Assembly (NCBI RefSeq): GCF_009914755.1
Contig: NC_060932.1
Length of the DNA stretch: 64,000 bases
From: the human T2T-CHM13v2.0 reference genome, Homo sapiens
Reading direction: 5' to 3' (one strand)
Shown here: positions 53,781 to 64,000 of the stretch, piece after piece
How positions within the stretch are numbered: the first letter of the stretch is position 1
Layout: each line of letters opens with the position of its first letter
Position numbers and translations under genes: made by a program
The notes under the pieces: model-generated
Seen by the model: only the letters and a program-made list of their open reading frames with translations
Databases searched by the model: none
What the model was told of the DNA's origin: nothing

Positions 53781-54533
53781 ACCCTGCAAGCAATGACTAA
53801 TAATCAGCTAAATGCTAGCTGAATTTTCCCCAGTGATTCCATGACAAACTTTCTTGAGCACAGAAGAAAATAACCATGAAATCAATATTCTGCCAACATT
53901 TACTGTGACCATATTAGCAGTCCCTAAATTGACAATGGCCCGTGTTTATGCATGTATTCGTGCACTCACTCATTTATTCACTGACTTCCCTGGCACCACC
54001 AAAGTATAAGCTCCATAAAAGCACCCCTTATGTATTTGTGTGTTTGTGTCTTTAATTCCATGTAATTGGTTACATGACAGTGCCTGCCGTGGGCTAAACA
54101 TTCAAGGAGTGGGCTAAATGACTAGATCTATAAACTATAAATATATTATCGCATTTTGTAATTATAATATTTTTAGATTGATATTTTCTCTTTGAAATGG
54201 GGTAATCGATGCAGAAAGGGTTTAGTGAGTTTTTTCCATATTGCACAACTAAGTGGCAAATGTAAGGATACAACCTATGTCATCATTATTTACAAATCAT
54301 GTTTTTTCATTATGTTGTCATCAATCATCTCATTACGTAAGAAGTCTTACTGTCACCAGATGGTAACGCAATGTATGGCTAAACTTCAGTTACTATATAA
54401 AATATGTTATATGTCAAGGAAACTAGTTATTAAACAGGTTATTAAAACTAAAGATTTAAAAATATAATGCTATAAATATTAACTTAGGAAAATAATTAGG
54501 TTAGACAAATATCCTGTAAGGTATATATATATA

Positions 54534-54819
54534 TTTTTTTGAGATGGAGTCTTGCTCTGCTGCCCAGGCTGGAGTGCAGTGGTGTGATCTTGGTTCACTG
54601 CAACTTCCACCTCTCGGGTTCAAGCAATTCTCTGCCTCAGCCTCCTGAGTAGCTGGGATTACAGGCATGTGCCACCATGCCCGGCTAATTTTTGAGTTTT
54701 TAGTAGAGATGGGGTTTCACCATCTTGGCCAGGCTGGTCTTGAACTCCTGACCTCGTGATCCACCTGCCTCAGCCTCCCAAAGTGCTAGGATTACAGACG
54801 TGAGCCACTGCACCTGGCC
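54534..54819 (-). mobile_element. AluS (AluSg-like)
   Basis: Full antisense Alu with GACCTCGTGATCC; TSD core AGGTATA. Confidence 0.95.
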
Positions 54820-55019
54820 AGGTATAGTATTCTTTAAGGGCAAATAAAAATGGTTATTTTTATATAGTAACCAACTTTGGACCTGCTCTTTTGTTTTTTG
54901 AAAATTAACGTAATTCTAAAATACATGACTTTCTTTTAATTAGGATTTTTCTTCCTTAAAAACAATTCTTTGTTATTTTAAAATATATTGATATCTATTG
55001 GTAATTATAATTATGATAT

Positions 55020-56220
55020 TCAACCTAGAGAAACAAAGTACAAGAAGACTATAGAACAGATTTAACCCAAATAAGAGTACGTGAAGATAATTTATAATCA
55101 AACTCCCAAAAGTCAAGGATAAAGAAAGGATCCTAAAATCACCAAGAGAAAAGAAACAAGCAACATACAAAGGAGCTCCAGTATGTCTAGCAGTTGACTT
55201 CAACACCCTGTGTTCACATTGAGTACACTATCCAGACAGAAAATCAACAAAGAAATACTGTACTTAATCCACACTATAGACAAAATGAATCTAATAGATA
55301 TGTACAAAACGTTTCATCCAACAACTGCAGAATATACATTCTTCTTCTCGGTGCACACATTATTCTCAAGGACAAACCATACGTTATGCCACAAAACAAA
55401 TCTTAAAACATTCCAAAAAACTGAAATAATATCAAGGTTCTTCACTGATCACAATGGAATAAAACTTAAAATAAATATCAAGATAAATTTTGGAAACTCT
55501 ACAAACATATAGGAATTAAACAATACACTCCTGAGATTAAGGCTGTAAGTCTCTCAGCAAAGAAAAGCCCAAGACACAGTGACCTCACTATTGAAGCTGG
55601 AGAAACATTTAAAGAACTAATATCGATTCTACTCAAACTATTCCAAAAAAACAGAGGAGGAGGGAACACTTCTAAATTTATTCTACAAGGTTAGTACACG
55701 GCTAGTATTGCCTAATACAAAAAAAGAAAAAACAAAAAAACAAATATCCCGGATGAATACTGATGAAAAAACATCAACAGAATGCTGGCAAATCAAATTC
55801 ATCAATATGTTAAAAAGATCATTCATCATGACCCATTGGGATTTATCTCACGGATGTAAGCATGGTTCAACATATGCAAATGAATGTGATATATCATATC
55901 AACAGAATGAAGGATAAAATTTATATAGTCATTTCAGTTAATGCTGAAAAAGCATTTGATAAAATTCAAGATACTTTCTTGACAAAAACACTCAAAAAAC
56001 TGGGTATAGAAGAAACATGCATCAACATAATAAAAAGCCACGTGCAACAGACTGACAGCTAGTATCATACTTAATGGAAAAAACTGGAAGCCCTGCCCTT
56101 AAAATCTGGAAAAAGACAAGGATGCCCACTTTCACCACTCTTATTCAACATAGTTCCAGAAGTTCTAGCAAGAGCAATCAGAAAAGAGAAAGAAATAAAG
56201 GGCATCCGAATTGGAAACCA
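55020..56220 (+). mobile_element. Internally deleted L1 (L1PB/L1MA-like): ORF1 C-term, ORF2 endonuclease and RT pieces
   Basis: ORF 55210-55512 (RQKINKE...IDMYKTFHPTTAEYTFF) = EN domain; ORF 55862-56062 ([17 protein letters not shown]) = RT; ORF1-like AAAGAAAGGATCCTAAAA. Confidence 0.88.
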
Positions 56221-56243
56221 ATTCAGTTTCCAAAAATTTGTAA

Positions 56244-56536
56244 TTTTTTTTTTTTTCTTTTTGAGACAGTGTCTTGCTCTATCACCCAGACTGGAGCATG
56301 ATCTCAACTCGCTGTAACCTCCGCCTCCTAGGTTCAACTGATTCTCCTGCCTCAGCCTCCTGAGCAGCTGGGATTACAGGCACGCATCACCACACCCAGC
56401 TAATTTCTGAATTTTTAGTAGAGTCAGGGTTTTACCATGTTGGCCAGGCTGGTCTCGAACTCCTGACTTCAGGTGATCTGCCCGCCTCGGCCTCCAAAAG
56501 TGCTGGGATTACAGGTGTGAGTCACCGCGCCTGGCT
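56244..56536 (-). mobile_element. AluSx-like
   Basis: Antisense Alu with TGACTTCAGGTGATCTGCCCGCC. Confidence 0.94.
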
Positions 56537-56563
56537 GTTTATTTATTTATTTATTTATTTTTT

Positions 56564-57125
56564 ATCGCTAAGTAGTACCCATGGTATGGATGTTAAAAAG
56601 TTTGCTTAGTCTGTTTAAGGGCATCTAAATTGTTTCTAGGTTTTAGCTATTATGAATAAAGCTGCTATGGACATTCATGTTCAGGTTTCCTGTGGGAACA
56701 TTATTTATTACTCTGCCATAAATGCCGCAGAGTACAACTGCATGTTTAGTATTTTTTGAGAAACCACTTTTTTGTTGTTGTTTTCTAGAGTGGCTGTACC
56801 ATTCCACATTCTCACCAACAAGGGACGAGTGATCTAGTTTTTCCGCAAGCTCAGCAGCATGTGACGTTGCCACTATATTTTATATTAGCATTCTGATACC
56901 TGTGCAGTGATATCTCATAGTTTTCATATGTATTTCTCTGACAGATAATGATGTCGAACATCTTTCCATGTGCTTTTTTGCCATCTGCATATCCTCTTTA
57001 GTAAAATGTCTCTTCATGTCTTGGACTCGCTAATTGGATTGTTTCTTTGTTAAGCTGCTGAGTTTTGAACATTCTTTACATATTCCATTTATTGGTCATT
57101 TTATCAAACATGTGGTTTGAGAAAA
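56564..57125 (-). mobile_element. L1MC1-like fragment
   Basis: GCTATTATGAATAAAGCTGCTATG...GTGGCTGTACCATT...CATCTTTCCATGTGCTT. Confidence 0.8.
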
Positions 57126-58742
57126 TTTGAGTGTGGGCCAGCCTTGCTAGGTTGGTAAAGTTCTCCTGGATAATATCCTGAAGAGCATTTTCTAACTTGG
57201 TTCCATTCTCCCCATCACTTTCAGGTACAGCAATCAAACGTAGATTTGGTCTTTTCACATAGTCCCATATTTCTTGAAGGTTTTGTTTCTTTTCACTCTT
57301 TTTTCTCTAATCTTATCTTATCGCTTTATTTCATTAATTTGCTCTTCAATCACTGATATCCTTTCTTCTGCTTCATCGAATCTGCTATTGAAGCTTGTGT
57401 ATGCTTCACAAAGTTCTCATACTGTGGTTTTCAGCTTCAAGAGGTCATTTAAGCTCTTCTCTACACTGGTTATTCTAGTTAGCCATTCATCTAAGCTTTT
57501 TTAAGGTTTTTAGCTTCCTTGCAATGGGTTAGAACATGCTCCGTTAGCTCAGAGAAGTTTGTTATTACCGACCTTCGGAAGCCTACTTCTGTCAACTTGT
57601 CAAACCCATTCTCCGTCCAGTTTTGTTCCATTGCTGGTGAGGAGTTGTGTTCCTTTGGAGGAGAAGAGGCATTCCGGTTTTTGGAATTTTCAGCCTTTCT
57701 GCTCTGGTTTCTCCCCATCTTTTTAGTTTTATCTATCTTTGGTTCTTAATGTTGGTGACCTACAGATGGGGTTTTGGTGTGGATGTCCTTTTTGTAGATG
57801 TTGATGCTGTTCCTTTCTGTTTGTTACTTTTCCTTCTAACAGACAGGCCCCTCAGCTGCAGGTCTGCTGGAGTTTTCTAGAGGTCAACTCCAGACCCTGC
57901 TTGCCTGGGTATCACCAGCAGAGGCTGCAGAACAGCAAATATTGCTGCCTGATCCTTCCTCTAGAAGCTTCATCTCAGAGGGGCACCTGCCTGTTTGAGG
58001 TGTCTGTCAGCCCCTACTGGGAGGTGTCTCCCAGTCAGGCTACACGTGGGTCTGGGACCCCCTTGAGGAGGCAGTCTGTCCATTATTGATGTTCGCACAC
58101 CATACTGGGAGAAGCACTACTCTCCTCAGAGCTGTCAGGCAGGGACATTTAAGTCTGCAGAAGCCTTTTGTTCAGATATGCCCTGCCCCCGGAGGTGGAA
58201 TCTAGAGAGGCAGTAGGCCTTGCTGAGCTGTAGGGGCTCTGCCCAGTTCGAGCTTTCCTGCTGCTCTGTTTACACTGTGAGCATAGAACTGCCTACTCAA
58301 GCCTCAGCAATGGTGGACGCCCCAACGCCAGCCAAGCTCCAGCATCCCAGGTGGATCTCAGACTGCTGCACTAGCAGCCAGCAAGGCTCCATGGGCGTGG
58401 GACCCAAAAGCCAGGCACAAGAGGGAATCTCCTGGTTTGCTGGTTACGAAGACTGTGGGAAAAGCGCAGTATGTAGGCAGAAGTGTACTGCTCCTCCAGG
58501 TACAGTCTGTCACAGTTTCCCTTGGGTAGGAAAGGGAAATCCCCAGACCCCTTGCACCCCCCAGATGAGGCGACACCCCATGCTGCTTTGGCTCACCCTC
58601 TGCGGGCTGCACCCACTCACCAACCAGTCCCAGTGAGGTGAACCAGTGCCTGAGATGAAAATGCAGAAATCACCCATCTTCTGTGTCTATCTCATTAGGA
58701 GCTGTAGACCGGAGCTGTTCCTATTTGGCCATCTTGGAAGCT
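57126..58742 (-). mobile_element. L1PA7/8-like 5' portion (5'UTR promoter + ORF1 N-terminal half); 3' part absent
   Basis: ORF 57491-57718(-) MGRNQSRKAENSK...; ORF 57076-57258(-) KRPNLRLIAVPESDGENGTKLEN; 5' terminus CTATTTGGCCATCTTGG. Confidence 0.95.
58727..58736 (-). promoter_or_regulatory. Intact YY1 site of the L1 sense promoter
   Basis: GGCCATCTTG on + = CAAGATGGCC at the L1 5' end. Confidence 0.7.
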
Positions 58743-59859
58743 ACCCTACACGATTCCTTATACACAGAAACTTTTATCTACATATATATGCAAATATAGT
58801 ATTATTGAGAGCATAAATCCAATAAAATATTTGGAGATAACTAATATATAGTACAATGTGGTAAGATGTGAGTTTTTAAAATGACTTTACAGATTTTTTT
58901 CAACAAATTTCTTACGTTGCTCAATATGTGGATGACAATTTTGTATATTATTTTCAAGGCCACTTTCATGGTAATAGTCTGGAGGAAAGAGAGAATGTAA
59001 TAAAATATTCCTAATCTGGGGTCTAAATGCAAAATCATCCTTTGCCTTTCTACTTCCATAAAAACTAAAGACATTCTGAAAAAAGCAATGTGACTTTTGA
59101 TGCAGACAGGTCCTATAATGACACTTTGAAATATATGAGACTTTTCATACCGTGCTATTTTTCTGTCATTCCTTATTCACTGGCAGTCATATACTCTGTG
59201 ATTGTCCACAGCCTGGTAATAAGGGGAAAATACTGACTTTCAGACTGAGACTAGACTACTATAGTTATGGTCTAGAGATGACATCTTTCACATTCAGAAA
59301 CTACGATATGGCACTATTTAATTTTGAATCAGTTGCAAGCAGCACTTTGGCATTTTGTTTTATGCCCGTAGGTAATAAGCCCAAGACAGGAGGTGAGAAC
59401 AGAAGGGTATTTGCATCCAGATGGTATCTTTCTTTTCTTTTCTTCTTCTTTTTTTTTCCCCCAAGCAGCAGTTTACTTTTAACAATATAAATGGTCTGAC
59501 ACATTGGTGCTTTGACCCAACTTCATTATAACAACTGGCTAAGAAAAAGTAAGGAGCATTCAATCCTTTATTCAGTTTTATTCAGTTAACAGTTATGCAC
59601 AGTGGTTTGTGGCAGCTGCTGGAGTAGATATTGAGGCCATATAAGCCTCCTTTACAAATGGCAGACTGCTTCTCCTCTTGCAACATTTCCTGTCGAAAAA
59701 CATTCAGATTTATCTAACACTCTCATTTCATAAATCACATTTTTCCAACATTGCTCATGTTGACAGATTTATTTCCTCTTTAATTATTGGTTATTTTGAA
59801 AATGTGTATCCAGATTACATATCACTGTTTCCTCCTTTGCCTTTTATTTTCCTTTGTTT

Positions 59860-61990
59860 TTCAAATTGAGTGCAGAAGTAACATACTCCCACTCCTCATT
59901 TTATGCAATACTGTCAACACCCATCATTATTTCCCCTTTTACCTATAATCTCTAATTATTTTCCTCTCTACTCAATAGATACTCTAATTTATTTACTACA
60001 TGGCTGTTCAAAATATATAGTGTAGTTTATTTTGTGTATAAAATGTGTTTATTTCTATGAAAATCCTATTTTTAACACTAGTTGTTGAGATCATTCAATA
60101 ATGTTTTAAGCACAATTAACTTAGAGCTTTTAATGTTATGTAGATATTGTGAAAAATCTCTACCTTATTTTATTTCTATATTTACCTGTTGGTGGACCCC
60201 GATGGCTTCTCATTGCCTGCTATCAAAAATGATGCTGAACATTTTGCTACCTCCCCTTCTGCTATTTTTTTCTGGTCCACATACATATAGGAATTATTAA
60301 TAAATCATGGGAAATGTATATTCTTTGTCTCACTGAGTACTGCCTGATCTGCAAGACAGCACTGCCTGCTTTGATTCTTAGCAGCAATGCATTGAGGATT
60401 TTTATACATTGCCATTCTTCCATGGGATGTGATATATTTTTTTTCTTTCTAATCCATGCCAAACCTCTCTAGGTAAACTGCTATATCATTGCTTTTATTT
60501 ACTATTTATCTGACCACTTGAGAGATGCTATGCGTTATCATATTGTCATTCACCACTTAAGTTTTCCTTATATAAATTCCCTTTTTGTACCATTTGCATC
60601 TAAAAGTATTAGATTTATTGTCATTTTCTCATTGGTTTGCATAAGTTCTTGGTATATTTTAGTTTATTATCATTTGCTCATTTTGATATTATACATGTTT
60701 TTCCACTTGTCAATCGTTTATAATCTTTGCCCATGGTGTTCTTCATTGAAGAATAACTTAAAATTCATATAGTCAAGTCTAACACATAAAATATATAGTT
60801 CTTCTGAAACTTATTTAAGAAGTTCCTCCCCACCCCAAATGTCACAAAATAATTCTTCTACATTCCTTCCATAGCTCTCATGTTTCATCTATCAGATTTG
60901 TTTTTATATCCATTTGATTTTCATCACTTTCTATGGTAAAATGTACATATATAATGTTGACATTTTAAGTAATAAGCAATTTTTTATCTCTATATTGTAA
61001 ACAGCATGCCCTTTTCACTTTTGTCATATATGTTATTACAGTGATATATGCTTTAGATTACAGGGTACATCCCTTTTTGATTTTTTATTCAAGCTGGACT
61101 TACCTACTTACAGATTTTATACTTTATTATACATTTTAAAAATGCATTTATTGTCTCAAAAACATACATTTTCTTAGTTCCTTCTGTTCCACTTTTGGCC
61201 ATTTCACTAATAGTTAATTACTTTAGTTAAATAATTTTTGTATTGTATTACAAAATATTTTCTGCATTTTGCTTTATTCATTGAACAATGCCTTCAGTCC
61301 CTCTAAACTCAGTCAACTAACAAAGGTTTGATGTATCATCTCATTTACATATTGGTTGATTTAATCTGCTAACATATTGTGTACAGTTTTGTTCAGTGAT
61401 TTCCATGATGCAAACTTTTAGTTAATTTTGTTTATTATAGTGTTTGTCTCAGGTTTTGGCAACTACTTGTAAAACAAATCTGGGATTGTTTCACAATTAC
61501 TATTCTCTTGAAAAGTTTAAGGTTAATGTTAAGTCTTCTTAAACATTTGGAATAATTCACCATAAAATCTATTTGGGAAGGTTAGAAATAATGGATATAC
61601 TTTAAAAATAGGAAATAGGTTTTTATCTTAAGGCTTAACAGGGATTGTTCCACTTATTTTGTCCATTTTGTTTTTCCAAAAATTTAGTCATTTTATTTAA
61701 ATGTCAAATTTATTGGGATAAGGCTGTTAATAAAATCATATTATCACCTTTTCTCTGTATGATTATATTGATTTCCTTGTTTTGATACCTGATACTGCTG
61801 TTCTGTATTTTTCTCTATTATTTCTTCACCAATACTGAAAATATGTTATCAAATGCATTAATCTTTCCAAGAACCTATTTCTGCCTTTGTTATTTTTCTC
61901 TATTTCTGATTTTCTTTCTACATTTTTGAAATTTGATAAACTTTGTACTTTCATGCATCTTGAGTTGGAAACTTTGATCATTTTTATCAT
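59860..61990 (-). mobile_element. Very old L1ME remnants
   Basis: T-rich antisense L1 motifs (AATGATGCTGAACATT, ACATTTGGAATAATTCACCATAAAATCTATTTGGG, TAATCTTTCCAAGAACC). Confidence 0.6.
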
Positions 61991-62056
61991 ATTTTTATAT
62001 CAATAAATGCCACTAGAGTCTTCGAAATCAATGATGAATAAATGAGTCTTTGTCTC

Positions 62057-63739
62057 TGTATTAGTCTGCTGTCATCTGGAGAACAGACTAATAACCAAAA
62101 TACCAGAGACTGGATATTTCATAAAGAAAAACAGTTTAATGGACTCACATTTCTGCATTGCTGGGAAGCCTCAGGAAACTTACAATCAGAGCAGAAGGTG
62201 AAGCAGGAGCAAAGGCCCATCATACATGGTGGCAAGAAGGAGAGCATGTGTAAGCACAGGAAAAACTACCATTTATAAAACCATCCGATCTTGTAAGAAT
62301 TCACTCCCTATCATGAGAACAGCATGGGGGAAACCACCTGGATTATCCAATCACTTCCAACCAGGTCTCTTTCTAAACACCTGTGGGTTACAATTCAAGA
62401 AAAAATTTGGTGGGGGGGACACAAAGTATAACCATATCATTCCACCCCTGGCCCCTCCTAGATCTTATATCCTCACATTTCAAAACCAATCATGCCTTCC
62501 CCAACGGTCCCCCCAAAATCTTAAATCATTTCAGCATTCACACAAACTCCATAGTCAAAAGTCCCATCTGAGACAAGACAAGTTTTCAAAACTAACCATG
62601 CCTTCCCAACAATTCCCTGAAGTGTTAACTCATTCCAGTATTAACTGAAGAGTTCACAGAGTAAAGACAAGGCAAGTCCCTTCTACTTATCAGCCTGTAA
62701 TATCAAAGGCAAGTTAATTACTTCTTAGATACAATGAGGATAAAGGCACAAAACCTTTTTTCCCTCCTAGGCCTCTGGGCCTGTGATGGGAGGGGCTGTC
62801 ATGAGGTCTGTAACATACCCTGGAGACATTTTCCCCAACGTCTTGGAAGTTAACATTTGGGCTCTTCATTACTTATGCAAATTTCCACAGAGGGCTTAAA
62901 TTTTCCCCCAGAAAATGGGTTTTTCTTTTCTACTGCATTGTCAGGCTGCATATTTTCCAAACTTTAATGCTCTGCTTTCTCCTGAACACTTTGCCACTTA
63001 GAAATTTCTTATGCCAGATGCCCCAAATCATCTTTCTCATGTTCGAAGTTCCACAGATCTTCGGGACAGGGGCCAAATGCTGCTAGTCTCTTTGCTAAAG
63101 TATACCAAAAGTCACCTTTGCTCCAGTTTCCAAGAAGTTTCTCATCATCACTTGAGACTACCTCAGCCTGGAATTCATTATCCATATCACTATTAGCATT
63201 TTGGTCAAAGCCATTTGACATGTCTCTAGGAAGTTCCAAACATCCCCACATCTTCCTGTCTTCTTCTGAGCCCTCCAAACTGTTCCAAACTCTTTGCCTG
63301 TTAGTTCCAAGGTCGCTTCCACATTTTGAGCTCTCTCTATAGCAGCACCCCACTCTCTGTAGTACCAATTTACTTTATCAGTCCATTCTCTTGCTGCCAT
63401 GAAGAATACCCAAAACTAGGCATGTTATAAAGAATAAGGGTTTAATGGACTCACAGTTATGCATTTCTGGGGAGGCCTCAGGAAACTTATAATCATGGCA
63501 GAAGGCGAAAGAGGAGGAAAGGTACATCTTCCATGATGGTAGGTGGGAGAGCATGTGTAAGCACAGGAAAAACTACCATTTATAAAGCCATCAGTTCTCA
63601 TGAGAATTCACTCCCTATCACGGGAATATCAAGGGGAAACCACCCCCATAAACCAGTCAGTTACCACCAGGTCTCTCCCTAAACACTTGGGGACTGCAAT
63701 TCAAAATGAGATATGGGTCGAGACACACTAATCATGTCA
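62057..63739 (-). mobile_element. Two-LTR MaLR element (THE1D/MSTA-like): LTRs 62057-62439 and 63374-63739, shortened internal 62440-63373
   Basis: Both LTRs share GTTTAATGGACTCACA...GCCTCAGGAAACTTA.AATC...GAGAGCATGTGTAAGCACAGGAAAAACTACCATTTATAAA; internal CTTCTTCTGAGCCCTCCAAACTGTTCCAA. Confidence 0.93.
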
Positions 63740-64000
63740 TTCCCTCTCCTTAGCATGCTTATTATTTTTTGGGAAAGAATGTCACTTAATAATGCTTGCC
63801 CACCAGAGCAAGAAAAGTCTGATCTCTAACTACAATGAATGGAATGATAAATCCCTGAAACTGATCTCACTTACAAATATAATAGGTGGTAGGGATGTTA
63901 CTGGGAGTTTTATATCTATTTTAATTTATTCACAAAACAGAAAGGTAGAATTATATAATTGTCAAGGTATTTAAATTTTTGAAAAGGTAAGTAATTTTCC

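Overview
AT-rich primate (most likely human) non-coding genomic DNA, intergenic or deep intronic. I found no functional protein-coding exon and nothing prokaryotic or CRISPR-like. The main landmark is a processed EIF4E pseudogene on + (about 4957-6725). It is intronless and slightly 5'-truncated, a +1 insertion creates a stop near Y183, and a tiny L1 sits in its 3'UTR. The window also holds an RNY1 (Y1 RNA) retropseudogene with target-site duplications (TSDs), a MADE1 MITE, several Alus (FLAM/FAM/J/S/Y), L1 pieces of many ages, L2 and MIR remnants, MaLR elements (MLT1, MST, THE1A LTR plus internal sequence, a two-LTR THE1D/MSTA element), ERVL/LTR16 remnants, DNA transposon fossils and microsatellites. 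Almost all ORF-track entries are spurious or repeat-derived. I see no convincing undescribed biological system. The best leads are a de novo ATG that reopens 180 codons of the EIF4E retrocopy, an ORF0-like antisense ORF in an orphan L1 5' end, a DUX4-motif THE1A LTR, a local octamer cluster and several unexplained duplications or hairpins. Repeat subfamily names and parent-gene comparisons come from remembered consensus sequences and need RepeatMasker/BLAST confirmation.
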